Shown here piece after piece: positions 1-11,800 of a stretch of 64,000 nucleotides of DNA. The notes beneath the pieces are model-generated. The model saw only the letters and a program-made list of their open reading frames with translations. It did no database searches and was not told where the DNA came from. The position numbers and the translations under genes were made by a program. Every line of letters begins with the position of its first letter. Position 1 is the stretch's first letter. Origin of the DNA: Podarcis liolepis (taxonomy: Eukaryota); the NCBI GenBank assembly GCA_965112155.1, contig OZ218103.1, one strand, 5' to 3'.

Positions 1-1271
1 TCCTATTATAAATTAGATCTTAATCCTTCCCCCTAAAGTAAGATTAGAGCATTAATTGGTATATTAAAAATTCACCCAACTGTGGTAATTCCTCTGTTTT
101 AAAAGCGAAGCAGCCTGTGTTTCACTAAATCCTACCCTTTTTCTTTCTCTCCAGAAGTATCTTCACTAAGCAAAATTATTCTAATGCTCCTAAAGTTACC
201 ATGATGTTATCTTGCTAATTAGTGCTGTGGAAAAAAAGATCAATTAATGTTATAATTAAAAACAGTGTGTTTAGAACGGTTGTTTGTGGTGAATGAATGT
301 GACAACTACTTTGTTCACTGATGATGGGTGGTGTTTCTCTAATAATCTATGCAGGCCTTTGCTGTTATTTACATAAAGGTCCTCAAGAGGCACCTTCATT
401 TTCTGTCAAAGTGACATAATGTACATGTGCATGTATGTGTGCACATAAGGAAACAACTGTAGAAAATGTTTGTCTCAGTTGCTTGGAATTATGCTTAATT
501 CAGTCAACAGTTGCTCAGCATTGTGTTTTGGTGCATTGTGATGAGAGGCAATGTATTCAGATCAGTTTTGAGGTTGAGACTTTCCAAAAAAAATCAAGTA
601 GATATTGGACAATTCATACCCCTATTAAACCCCAGAAAGAAATGAAATTGCCCACACCTATGTCCTATTTGGCACAAATGAACTGAGATGCCTTAGGAAG
701 GGGACACCTAAGGCAGATGGAGAACCCAGTTAGGCACTTGTTGCACATATGAGTAAGTTAGAACTAGTTGTGACCCTAGGACCCATGTTTCTATTAATGG
801 GGGAAGAGGTTGGAAGGCTCTTTATGAACTCAACAAACCTCACTGATGACTCCCTCTAGTTTTAGCCAAATAATGAGCCCTGTAAACTTTTAAAAACAGT
901 GGCCGAGAGGGCCAAAATAAAAGGTAAGGGAAGTGCCCAGGATGTTTGGTATTTCTGACACTTTCCATTCTTTCTCTGTGTATCTCTCTTGAACTGACTG
1001 GCAGTCATCACATGCAAGGCTGGAACAGCTAGCCAGTGGGTTGTACTGCCATTTTGAAGAACATGGCTGCCTTATATAGCAGTGGCCGAGTCTGCTTCTT
1101 AAGACGCCTCCGCAGTGCTAATAGGTATAGCCAATGGATAAAGAGAAAGATAATGGGGAGCAAGGTTAAATTTGAGTAACTAAGTCCTGCATATTTTTCA
1201 CAGCTGAACCTTGCACTGGGAACAAATTTTTATTTTGTACTAAGTGTGATTAAGCAGTATGCTAACTGTAT

Positions 1272-1311
1272 AAACAAACAAACAAACAAACAAACAAACA
1301 AACAAACAAAC
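1272..1311. repeat. (AAAC)10 microsatellite
   Basis: Perfect tetranucleotide run read directly. Confidence 0.97.
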
Positions 1312-2824
1312 AGGAGCTTCCCTGCAGATACTGCTGAGGAACCAAGTGATGCACGGTGTCCTTAATTAGTAAAAATGTTGTTTTTGCTCAGTTGCTGAGT
1401 GCATATTTGAAACAGCGTAATAGATCACCATTCACTGTTAAAAACTGCAAAGGAGACCTACACATTTGCAGAAGTTGGAATGAACATCCTAATGTCTGGG
1501 TCAACTTATTTTAAAGCATTTGACACTTTTAAGTGGAACATACCCTTGCCTTAGCAGGCTGTATACTGCAACTGCAGCATCCCCCGAAAGGCCAGTATTT
1601 TGGCTCTAAACTGAAAGGTACTTAGTCCAGAGTTGTCCTATTAATCTCGGTGCCATTTTTCTGAGGTAAGTTACTGCAAAATAGCAACCACTATTTTTAA
1701 CTCATTTATGCTGTCAAAATTCAGACTTTTAAATGTTGTATGGCTGTCGAACCTACTCCATTTATACAAGAGTGATGTTTATTGCAGTGCAGGAGGGTAG
1801 TATGTATTTTTGAAGTTCTGCTTGGCCTTTTTCAGGGATAGAGCAAGCTGTTCTTCATATATCGTATCCTGGGAAAGCTCTGTTACAGTTAAACGTGGAA
1901 CAGTATCTCCATAGGAGCTGTTGCCAAGCAGATACATGGTTTTGGAATGTTCCCAGCAAACTTCCACAGCTGATACTCTAGCGACGAGCTCGCCTTTCTT
2001 TTCCTTTTCCTCAGTTAAAACTCTTCAAATAGCCAAAGGATAGAATTTTGCATTGGCCTGCATCCCTAAATCCCCCTCAATAACCATAATTCACTGTGGG
2101 TGATCTGTATTCATTCCACCATGATAACCACAATTAATTTTATATATATTTAAAGCTGACACAGAACTATTTGTGAGAGGTGGTTTCTGTGCAAATGTAA
2201 GGGCACAATTCTGTGAGACGCTACATTGAAGCATTAGCTCCTTGGATACCAATTCCCTGGGGCTGACACTTGGACCTAATCTCATACCAAGAACTGCAGC
2301 AGTCGTGTTCACTGCTCCCTTGCATACCTAGCATAGTAGTACTTTGAATCACATGGGGTATTGAGGAAGGCAATAGCTACAGGATGAAAAAGCACTTCTG
2401 GGGCTGCATTGTGGAGCTGCCATAGTACGCCATGGACCTGTAGCAGGATATTGTCAGTGGCTAATTGGACAGAGCTCCATGTCTTTTCCCTGAGTCTTAC
2501 AGCTGCTGCAGCACCTGAAGGAACACCATAGGAACAGGGTGCCACTATGTCATGGTCCATCCATGACATCTTTCCTCTGCTGCCCATCCCATGATACAGT
2601 ATATTTTACCACAGCCAGAATTAACTATGGTCGGTTGCAGAAGACCTACTGTCCTTCATTTCCCCAGTTTCAGAAGGCTATGAACTTTGGCAACAAAGCA
2701 GATCAGATTGGGAGCTTATATCGCAGCTGGAGAATCCACCCTTTCCTTGCTCTAGTGATCTGGGCATCGCTTCCACGTGCTTCCCACTCCTCTTGAGTAG
2801 CTTCCTGTGCAGTTTTCCGAGCAC

Positions 2825-3010
2825 GGCCCTGACACTGTCCTTACATTGGAGGGTGAATGTTTGCAGCTGGAAGCCTGCTGTATTTGTGGAGATGCCCTGC
2901 CCAGTTAAACACTGTGCACTGGGCTCCAAAGCACACAGACAACATCCAAGAATACAGGAGGCATCCCACATTCACCCTCCAATATGTAGGGTGCAGCTGG
3001 GTTGGGCTGA
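2825..3010. mobile_element. Degenerate palindromic (foldback) element, probable old non-autonomous DNA transposon
   Basis: Arms pair: TACATTGGAGGGTGAATGT (~2842-2860) with ACATTCACCCTCCAATATGTA (~2968-2988); GCCTGCTGTATT with AATACAGGAGGC; weaker pairing extends outward. Confidence 0.55.
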
Positions 3011-4253
3011 AGGACGGAATTGAGGAACCTGGACTAACAAATGTATTTTCACGCTCCTTCACAGGACCTAATGGTGTGGGAGAATGCAAGTCCAATTAGG
3101 ACTAGATGAGATATCTAGATTGGTTCAAGTTGAAGCAATACTATGCTTTAAAGCAGAATATGCTTACCTAATCAATTGCACCTTAGTTTGACTTTCTGAT
3201 TGGTGCCTATCCAGAAGAGATAAGAAAAATCAGGTCACTACGTGTAGAAAAACAGTGAATTCTATAAAAGGTTTATAAGAACTATAGAATATAGCAAAAA
3301 ATATGGATGCAAGGCTTCCCTACACAATAGAGGGGCTTTTGTCTCAGTTCACTCTTGGCAAGGAGTTCTAAATACTGTTGTTAATTTCCTATCTTTCACT
3401 GGACACAGAGCTAAAACAAGGGAGCAGTTTATTATTATTATTATTATTTTGTTTAAGCTGTGTTATTTTGTTTAAGCTGTGTTTTTATTTATTTATATAT
3501 ACATATATTTTCCAAGCCCAGTTCCTAGCAGGATATCCTTGTTTATGCCTCAAGTTCCGGGACTTTTTTTCTTTAAGAAAGCTAACCTTAAAAAGCCTTA
3601 CTCACAATACCTTCTTTTATTTTTAAAACCCAGTTTCTATTCATAAACACATGTGTATGTTCTTACTAGTTTTCTTGTTTTAGAGATACCGGTAGTGACA
3701 TTGGCATTTGCCTTAGATCGACTTTGTGACATGCACACTGCCATAGAGCATGGGGGGGGGGAGATCGAATTTAGTTGTCACAAGATTTACACAGGAAAAG
3801 GCAAAAGGAAAACTTTGAAACTATAAGAGACCCAGTTTTTCCCTGTTGAACATTTTTGGATCTGTACAAGATTTAGATGGCTGGCCAGGATTAGATAGTG
3901 CTTCCAGTCCTTCAATGAGATTTGATATGTAAAGAGTGCTGGATTATTACAGTACATAGCTGTACTGGTTTTTATTTCCATTGCCTAATAATGCACATGG
4001 AACTGATTCAGTCTTTACAATTCAGTGCAGTATTTATTGTACTGGATGCAAGTAGGAAGGTGTCTGCATGTTCACAGAAACTCTAATGTGGTTCCAGCAT
4101 AGATGTGACAATCATAGGGCAGTGTTGTGCAACTTGTTATTTCTTGTTTTATGTTGATGGTTTTGTTGACTGATTGCTGTCATTCTTGTAGTTGAACTGA
4201 TGGTGGAAAGGCAAGGTAAAAATATAAAAGGTAAATAAAATTAAGACTTATTC

Positions 4254-4366
4254 AGCCTGGATAGCTCAGTTGGTGAGAGCCTGGTTCGATCCCTGCTTAT
4301 TCCTGCATTGCAGGAGGTTCGACTAGATGATCATTGGGGTCCCTTCCAACTCTGTGATTCTATGAT
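4254..4366 (+). mobile_element. Short tRNA-head/CR1-tail SINE, internally deleted
   Basis: A box TAGCTCAGTTGG (4262-4273), B box GGTTCGATCCC (4283-4293), then CR1-type tail TTCCTGCATTGCAGGAGGTTCGACTAGATGATC...GGTCCCTTCCAACTCTGTGATTCTATGA. Confidence 0.85.
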
Positions 4367-5197
4367 CAGGTGAGCCGCTTTCCCGTTGGTCTGGGAACTT
4401 TTACAAAATGTTGTTTTAAACAAGAAAGGATAGGGGGAAATTAACTGTGACCTTTTGCATAGGTCTATTCATATTCTGTCTGTAAAAGCTGGTTGTTCAA
4501 CATTCACTGTGTTCTATTTTTCTCCCCTTCTTGTTTATAATACCTGTTTCATTGCCTTCTGTAAAGGGTGTACCTTAAGGCAGCAAGCAAGCTGATGGAA
4601 TTTTAGTTAGTTGGTGGTGTGCTGATCCTGGCTCATCAGTTTTTGACACTAAGCTGCAGCTATTTATTTGGTAGTGTCCAGACTATGGATTCCCCTCCCA
4701 GGGAGATTCATATGGCCACACATTACAGGTCTTCTGTTGAGCTATAAAGGGTTTTGCTATTTTTCTGTACCTTTGTTTTGAATGACTTTTTATGCCTCTG
4801 TCTCTTTTACCATTTAACTTTTATTGTGGAACTATTTACTGGGTTGTTGTTGTTGTTTTTTAATATATATTTTATTCAGGATTTTCTTGTTTTACAGAAG
4901 TGTAGTGCCTCGTATTTTTTTTTCATGTAACATTTTTACAAATCCGTTTCATTTGTTGAGGCATTAGGGGGAGAAGAAAAGAAAAAAGAAAAGGGGGGTG
5001 GAGAGAGGGAAGATGGATAGGGGTGGGGTCAGGTGGCGGTGTTTCTATTATGTTTAATGTATGTAGAGTTTTACTGGGTTGTTTTGAGGCATCTTTTTTT
5101 AATTCTATAATCATGTTGCTTTATTGTTCTTATATTTACCCATTTTATTATTTTAAGTCACTTTGAAGGCCTTAGATGGAAATACATCCTGTAAAAG

Positions 5198-5233
5198 TAC
5201 ATACATACATACATACATACATACATACATACA
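5198..5233. repeat. (TACA)9 microsatellite
   Basis: Read directly. Confidence 0.97.
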
Positions 5234-5520
5234 ATGACTTCTAATTTAAGGACATTGTCTAATCAGCCATTTCTTTCATACATAGACATTCTGTTTTTGG
5301 ACACATATGTGAATACATCAAGTTTTGTTCTTTGCTACAGTTTGTGATTAACTGTGAGCTTTGGTTCAGATGACATACTAAGCCAAACTTTGTCTTAGCT
5401 CAGCATGGCATAGGAATAAAAACCTGCATGTTCACGTCCCAGTAAGCAGTAGTTTGGTTTACTGTGTTGTGTAATTGTGGTCTATAGCTTAGTGAGCTGG
5501 AGTTGACTATCTAGTTTGAG

Positions 5521-5627
5521 CAAGGGTGCAGAAATCTAGGCAGCCAATAAATATTGGTGTCTGAAAAAAAATTGATGATGAGTTGCTGCCTAGGTCAGGA
5601 ATTAGGCTCCTAAGATTTGCACCCTTG
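5521..5627. mobile_element. ~107-bp hAT-like MITE
   Basis: TIRs CAAGGGTGCAGAAATCTAGG / CCTAAGATTTGCACCCTTG; degenerate 8-bp TSD AGTTTGAG/AATATGAG (6/8). Confidence 0.7.
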
Positions 5628-6924
5628 AATATGAGAGTATGACTGTAGTTATACCAGAAAAGAAGGTCTCACTGGAACCAACTGATATGATAAACCACCT
5701 AAAAGTTCCATTCAAGTAGACACATTTTAACAATGTAATGGAGTAACCTTGCCATCTTGACCACTCAGCCCCAACTTCTGGAATTTAAGAATGTGCTCAA
5801 ATGGTTTCCTGTGCTGGGTTAGACTGTAAGTGACAGATATGTTGGCGCTACTACTCCTAGCTTTTATCTGAGTTCTTGTTTCCCCTCTATTTTAAAAGGA
5901 CTCTTCAAACATTGCAAATGAATGATTTTTTTAAAAAAATGCACATCTTTGATATACTGTTATACTGCTATGTGCTTGATATAGTGTTATGCTATATTAG
6001 TTTAGTAGCAGTATAGTCCCGATAACTGCAAAGCCCCCAGTCATTGTTTTGCTTATGTGTAAATAATGTGTTAAAAAGATATGGAAATATAACACTAGGA
6101 TTTTTCATTTCTGTAACTTATCTGCCTGGATATCTCTTGTATGCAACTTATGCTTGCAAGTGAAACACTAGATAATAATTAAGAATAACTGAGTGTCCTG
6201 CACTTGAAAGAGGTCTTTCGTTTCTAATGTTACTTCAGGTTTTCATTAATCCTCAATCACCTTTCCAAAACTGCATGGGGAAAAAAGTCGAAAGGGCACT
6301 GTAAAATGGTGTGAATACCACCTGCTTGACATTAAATCAGACCAGGAATGTGATATTCACAGTAATCCATTTTTATTTAGATTTTTAAACCCCTTCAGAT
6401 TAACAAGTCAATGATAAGTGCAGGCTGTGAAACTGATTACCACTTGCATACTTCCAGATACAAGATATATCAATTGGTTCTGTGTGCATTGATTATCTTG
6501 GTCTGAAGGAACAGAGCACCCCATAATACCCTTTTGAGTTCTAAAAAAGTAACCAGACAGGGAGGAACTGGTTTGGTCATTTATTTACCAAAAAGAAAAT
6601 CTGTATGCCAAAATGAAACATTTCAGCAAACAAAAATTTATCACACATCAGTCGGGATCACATTTCTGTCCCCCTTTCCCAGATAGCTGAGGCTAAGTTA
6701 ATTTAAACATGTTGGACTTCTGCTTGACTTGCCATTCTTTCTCTCTCTGATTAGCCTTAAACCCTCAGAGTTCCATGACCTTAATAAAGCTATTTTTCTT
6801 GACAAGTTAAAAACTGCCTTAACCAGCAAAGCTCATCTGGCTGAAACTGAAGCCAAGTTAAGTTGGTGTTTTAGATCCTCATTAAAGTCCACAGCATGAA
6901 GCACAAGGTGTGTTGTGTGTTGTG

Positions 6925-6947
6925 CACACACACACACACACACACAC
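6925..6947. repeat. (CA)n microsatellite
   Basis: Read directly. Confidence 0.95.
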
Positions 6948-7962
6948 GGACGGACGTTTGAGACAAACTGTGCACTATGAAACATATTGGCTTTACATTT
7001 AATTAGACAAATTATATGCAACCCAGTAAATACCCTGGGAATGTAATCAACATTAGGGTTAATAAGGAGTGTTTGGAGGGCGAAAACCCTAAATTTTTCA
7101 CCAAGAAGAAAATTAACACTAAGAGCCAAAAAGGAAAAGCTAACATGAATCTCAGTATTGATTGGGATAGTAATCATATGGTATTCTTACAGACGTTGAG
7201 GGTGTGTGGGTGTGGAATTACTATGACCTTCCTCAACTCTGTTTGAGGTTTGCCTATACTCAGTGCAAATAGATTGCTCTGAAGTATGTTGTAAAGGAAA
7301 GTTGTAGTTGCTGAGTTTTTATTCTCTGTTCAGTCCTTGCCCTCAGTTGATGCTGACTCATGGAGAGTCAGTAAAATTCTGGCTGCTTTGGACAAGCAAA
7401 TGGAAGAATGAAAGCAATGAAGGAAAGCCCCTCCGAGTAAATGCTACGACTGGTTTGGTAATATGCTGGGAAATGCAGACCAAATGTGGTCGTGCAGCCT
7501 TCCATTTGGAAGATGTCCCTCAGATTCATTAGCATTGTGTCTGTTACTAGGCTTATCAGCTAAACAGCCAGCAGACATAATCTGTGGCTTATATTTTTTC
7601 TAAAAAAATTTTTCTCCAAGGGGCTGCTGACGGGACATAATCCACTGTTTTTTATTGCATTGCCTCTGGATGTGTTGTAGCTCAAACAAATAGATAATTC
7701 AGGGGCTCCAAACTTATTTCCTTTAGGGCTAGAGTGGTGGGGTCTTGGCTACCTTCTCACATACTCCAGGGCTATTTAAAGTAAACAAATGATTTGTTCA
7801 TGTTGGAAGCATCTTATTGCCCAGCCAGAGATACAGCGACAGAGTAAAATTTGATTTCAGGTCATGATGAATACCCTTGATAAGGAGTAAATCAGTACAT
7901 TATAATTAACTGTATTTCACTGCAGGGCTGTATTTGCTTTGTGGCTTTTACTAATTTCAAGA

Positions 7963-7963
<1 letters not shown>

Positions 7964-7994
<31 letters not shown>
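7964..7994. repeat. (TG)n microsatellite
   Basis: Read directly. Confidence 0.95.
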
Positions 7995-7996
<2 letters not shown>

Positions 7997-8465
7997 AGTG
8001 TTAGCCTACTAAACATACCAGATTCCATATGTCCAGAGTAGAATTGCAAATGTTTTTCTCCTGTCAAGAGTTTCTGTACTTTTAACAGCTGTATGCCAAA
8101 TTCAGTAGATCAGGGTATGGTTTGAGAAGCACTTAATCTGACCACTTTATATTTTGCCAGCACAGCCAAATAGGATCCTAATGTACAGATTTCATGAAAA
8201 CAAGGAATATTTGTGGGTAGGTTTTCAAGAGTCTTTAAAAGCTGAGTACTGTGTCACTCAGGACTATGCCATATGCAACAGTGTACTATTTCCATTCTGG
8301 AAAACTACATGTAGTCTCATTCTGTGTGACACGTACAGCGCAGCCTAGAGTAGTTCCTATATACCAGGTTTTCATGTGCAAGTAAACGCTTTGTCATTGG
8401 TGATAGATATGGTCTAAATGTGGTTTTTCTACATGGAAGTGTTATCCATGTAGAAAATCAATTGG

Positions 8466-8580
8466 TAGTGTTCAGCTAAGTTTTACATGGAGTAGACTTA
8501 ATGAAAATAATGAACATGACTAAGTTAGGTCCATTAATTTCAGTAGGTCTACTTTGTGGAAAACTTAATTGAATACCACT
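8466..8580. mobile_element. ~115-bp palindromic squamate MITE-like repeat
   Basis: GTAGTGTTCAGCTAAGTTTT pairs with AAAACTTAATTGAATACCAC; inner AGTAGAC/GTCTACT arms. Confidence 0.7.
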
Positions 8581-8616
8581 TACCATATGTGGAACGGCTC
8601 CAATATTATTCTGTTA

Positions 8617-8836
8617 CAGTGGTACCTCGGGTTAAGAACTTAATTCGTTCTGGAGGTCCGTTCTTAACCTGAAACTGTTCTTAACCTGAGGTACCACTTT
8701 AACTAATGGGGCCTCCTGCTGTGCCGCCGCCGTGCAATTTCTGTTCTCATTCTGAAGCAAAGTTCTTAACCCGAGATACTAATTCTGGGTTAGCACAGTC
8801 TGTAACCTGAAGCGTCTGTAACCCAAGGTACCACTG
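8617..8836 (+). mobile_element. Tc1/mariner (Tigger/pogo-like) MITE, copy 1
   Basis: TIR CAGTGGTACCTCGGGTTA ... TAACCCAAGGTACCACTG; 5' TA target site (3' TSD mutated to TC); internal TTAACCTGA repeats. Confidence 0.92.
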
Positions 8837-11459
8837 TCTTGTAGATAGCCCCTTGCCCCCAAATACTCCATTGTGCTCTAAAAGTGCACATATTGTACAT
8901 TATGTACAACCACATGTTAGTTTTTGATAAGCTTCCTCTGTAAATACATCTTTAATCCGTGAAAATTGTGAGATTGTTCTGGTGAAATCAATGTATATAG
9001 AAATCATTGTCAATCTATTGCAAATCAAGCAGAGCTCCAATTCCCAATTGTTTAACATTAGCAGCAAAGTGACTCCCATCCCTCCCTGCATTATACTGTT
9101 GAAATGAAGAAAGCAGGAGTTTGCCAGGAATGGGTTTTTATGTGGAAGGACACTGAGCTCCATTTAGTTCTGGGCTTTAAAACAAATTATGGAGCTCAGA
9201 ATTCAGAAGTATTAAGGTCCAACTGGTGCATTTTAGGGTTAAAAAACAAAGTAGCTCCTGCAAGTAGATTCCATATGCCTAAAGCCTGCCCTCCTGTGAA
9301 CTGAGTCTATGCATATAACCAGAGACGTTTCTTCTTAGGATGTCCAGTGCAGTTATTTTATTACTGCAGAATTTTTCAGTTGGAGAATGAATTAAATAGG
9401 CTCAGTACTGGAAAGTTGTTTCTCCTCCTACAATTACAGAATGACTGAGCAAGGCCACAGAAATAGCAGACATGGACAAATTGACCAATACTGTATGTCA
9501 AAGAAATTGAATGCATATTCAGGTTGCTTTAATTGTAAATGGGCTCCATTTATTATCTGTTGGAATAATAATTATGGACATGAAAGATTGGAAAGAGATT
9601 GGGTTTTATTATATTCTGATATATTTTATTTAATAAGACCAGGGCGGGGGGTGGGGGTGGGATGCAGAAGTAGCTATGTGCAAGCCAAGCCACTCAGCTT
9701 TGATTGCTGAGAATTCTGAAGCCTGGGAAAAGGTAGAGGATGCTAGGGAATCATAGGCAAACAGGCAGGGAAAGTGGAGCCTCTGGGCACCTTTTTCTGC
9801 CTGTTGTTTATCTGTTCTTATCTTTTCCTTTAGTGGCTAATTGCTCTGCTCCTCCTCCTCACAGCTTCTAGATACAATTAGAAGACACAACAAAGAGAGA
9901 TATGATAAGCAGGACTAAATATGGAGTGCAGAAAGGTGGCCCACAACTGATTTGCTTTCCTGCGATTCCTTCCTGCTTTCTCTGCGTGTTATTTTTTTCC
10001 TTGTGAAATTTGCAACTAAAAAACTAACAATAATAAATAAGGAAATGGGATGCAGCTTCTGCTACTTGCAGCTTGCGGCTTCTTTCTTGTGGTTTCAGAG
10101 CAGGAAGAGAAGAAGGTTGGGCTTGTTGAAAGAGAACAAGTTTTGCACTTTCTTGAGTAGAATGAGTTTTGGTGCTCCTATCCCCACAAAACAAGAGGGC
10201 GCCTTCAAGGCACAACTGAGACACAACTTGTCAACATTTGTTGTTTTGTTTAGTAATTGTTCTTAGAGCACCAAAACGAAACACATACTTGCTTATGATG
10301 TTTCATTATGCTTCTGTGCTGTCAGGGTCAGAAATGATGTGATTTATTTAACAAGAAGCCTTGCCACTAAATGCAAGATCAGAAGTGCTATATTTAATTA
10401 AAAACTTTTATTTTTCAAACAAACAGTTATTATTCCTTCTTACCTTCTGAACTTTAAGACATCTGAGCTGAATAGGACCTGGATAAAGCAGGGAGAAACT
10501 TTCCCCTTTCAACAGATGCCTGTTATTACTTTATCTCAAACAAGGACTCTAACCCCCCCAGATGAACAATACAAGCAAGCAAAAAGTAAAATAAAAGTTA
10601 AATTGGTAAACTTGGGTTTGGTTTTTAAATTCAAGCAGCTATAAAAAGCCTTGAATTTGTTAAGAATTTGCTGTTTTGCTGTGGAAGTAATTACAAGTCA
10701 ATAGCATGTGTCATTGTAAAGTTAGCCACTATATTATCAGTTTGGGTTTTTTATTGGTTCAGATGTGACTAAGCAGGATTAGTACATGAGAACCTTATGA
10801 AAAATAGAAGTGATAAAAGCAATTTAACTGTCAGTATATTTGTGTTGTGGTTTTGCTATGTGAAACATAATTGCCTGGCAATGGAAAGGACACTGAGGAT
10901 GGATTCCCCCTCCCACCCCCACTTATTTCTGTGTCAGTAGCGGTGGAAGATTATTTCACTCTTGGAAGGGATAAATACAACAGATTAAAATTATATTTAA
11001 AATTATGCAATGAAAATTTGCAGCTGTGTTCTTCACTGGCACATGTGTGTGCAAAGGCAGAAGAAACTAAAGATAAAAAATATTATTGAAAGTTCCTTCC
11101 CACTTTTGTGGACATTATGGGCACTCATGGTAAAGTCTGTGGTTCAGAGCTCTTACTCTGAAACTTATTGTGGTTTCAGCCACTGAATCAGCAATTCAGC
11201 TGCATCAACTTCAGTCTTGCTGATTTCAGTGTGCATATCAGAATATAAGATTGCAGTTTTAGTGAGGAGAAGCCACTGACCCATATAAACTATGGACATT
11301 TTAGGGAGATGAGTAGATAGAAGTACTAAAAGACTAGCAGCTGAAATAAAGCATAAGAATTAGTGCCATGATTAGATATTCCCTTTAATGTCATACACAT
11401 TTTTCATCTTCCTTCCATTGTTTGTGATAACTCTTGTTTGCTGTGACTTTGGCTAGTGT

Positions 11460-11800
11460 TATTTGAAGGACTGCCTGCATTCACATGAACCTACCCAGGC
11501 CTTAAGACTGACATCAGAGGTCCTGCTCTCTGGTCAGTTACTGGAGAAGATTGGGTGGATGAGTAACAGGGGCAAGGTCTTTTCAGTGGTGCACCCCACC
11601 ACATTGTTGAATTTTGTTTCCCTGGAGCCCAAGCCCTCTCTCTGTCAATCTTTAGATGTGGTATTAATAGGTATTTTGTTCAGCAAGGTCTTTTGAACTC
11701 ATTTTGTGTAGGTTTTGTATTTTAATAATTTTTATCTTGTACTATTTTTCTGATTTTATTATTTTACAATGCTGTTGTTAAATATCTTTGAGCAATGTTT
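11460..11800 (+). mobile_element. L2 LINE 3' fragment (degenerate)
   Basis: Translates LKDCLHSHEPTQALRLTSEVLL...SNRGKVFSVVHP, like the L2 ORF2 C-terminus (LKDRL..YEP...LRS...RAFSV.AP); T-rich 3' UTR follows. Confidence 0.75.
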
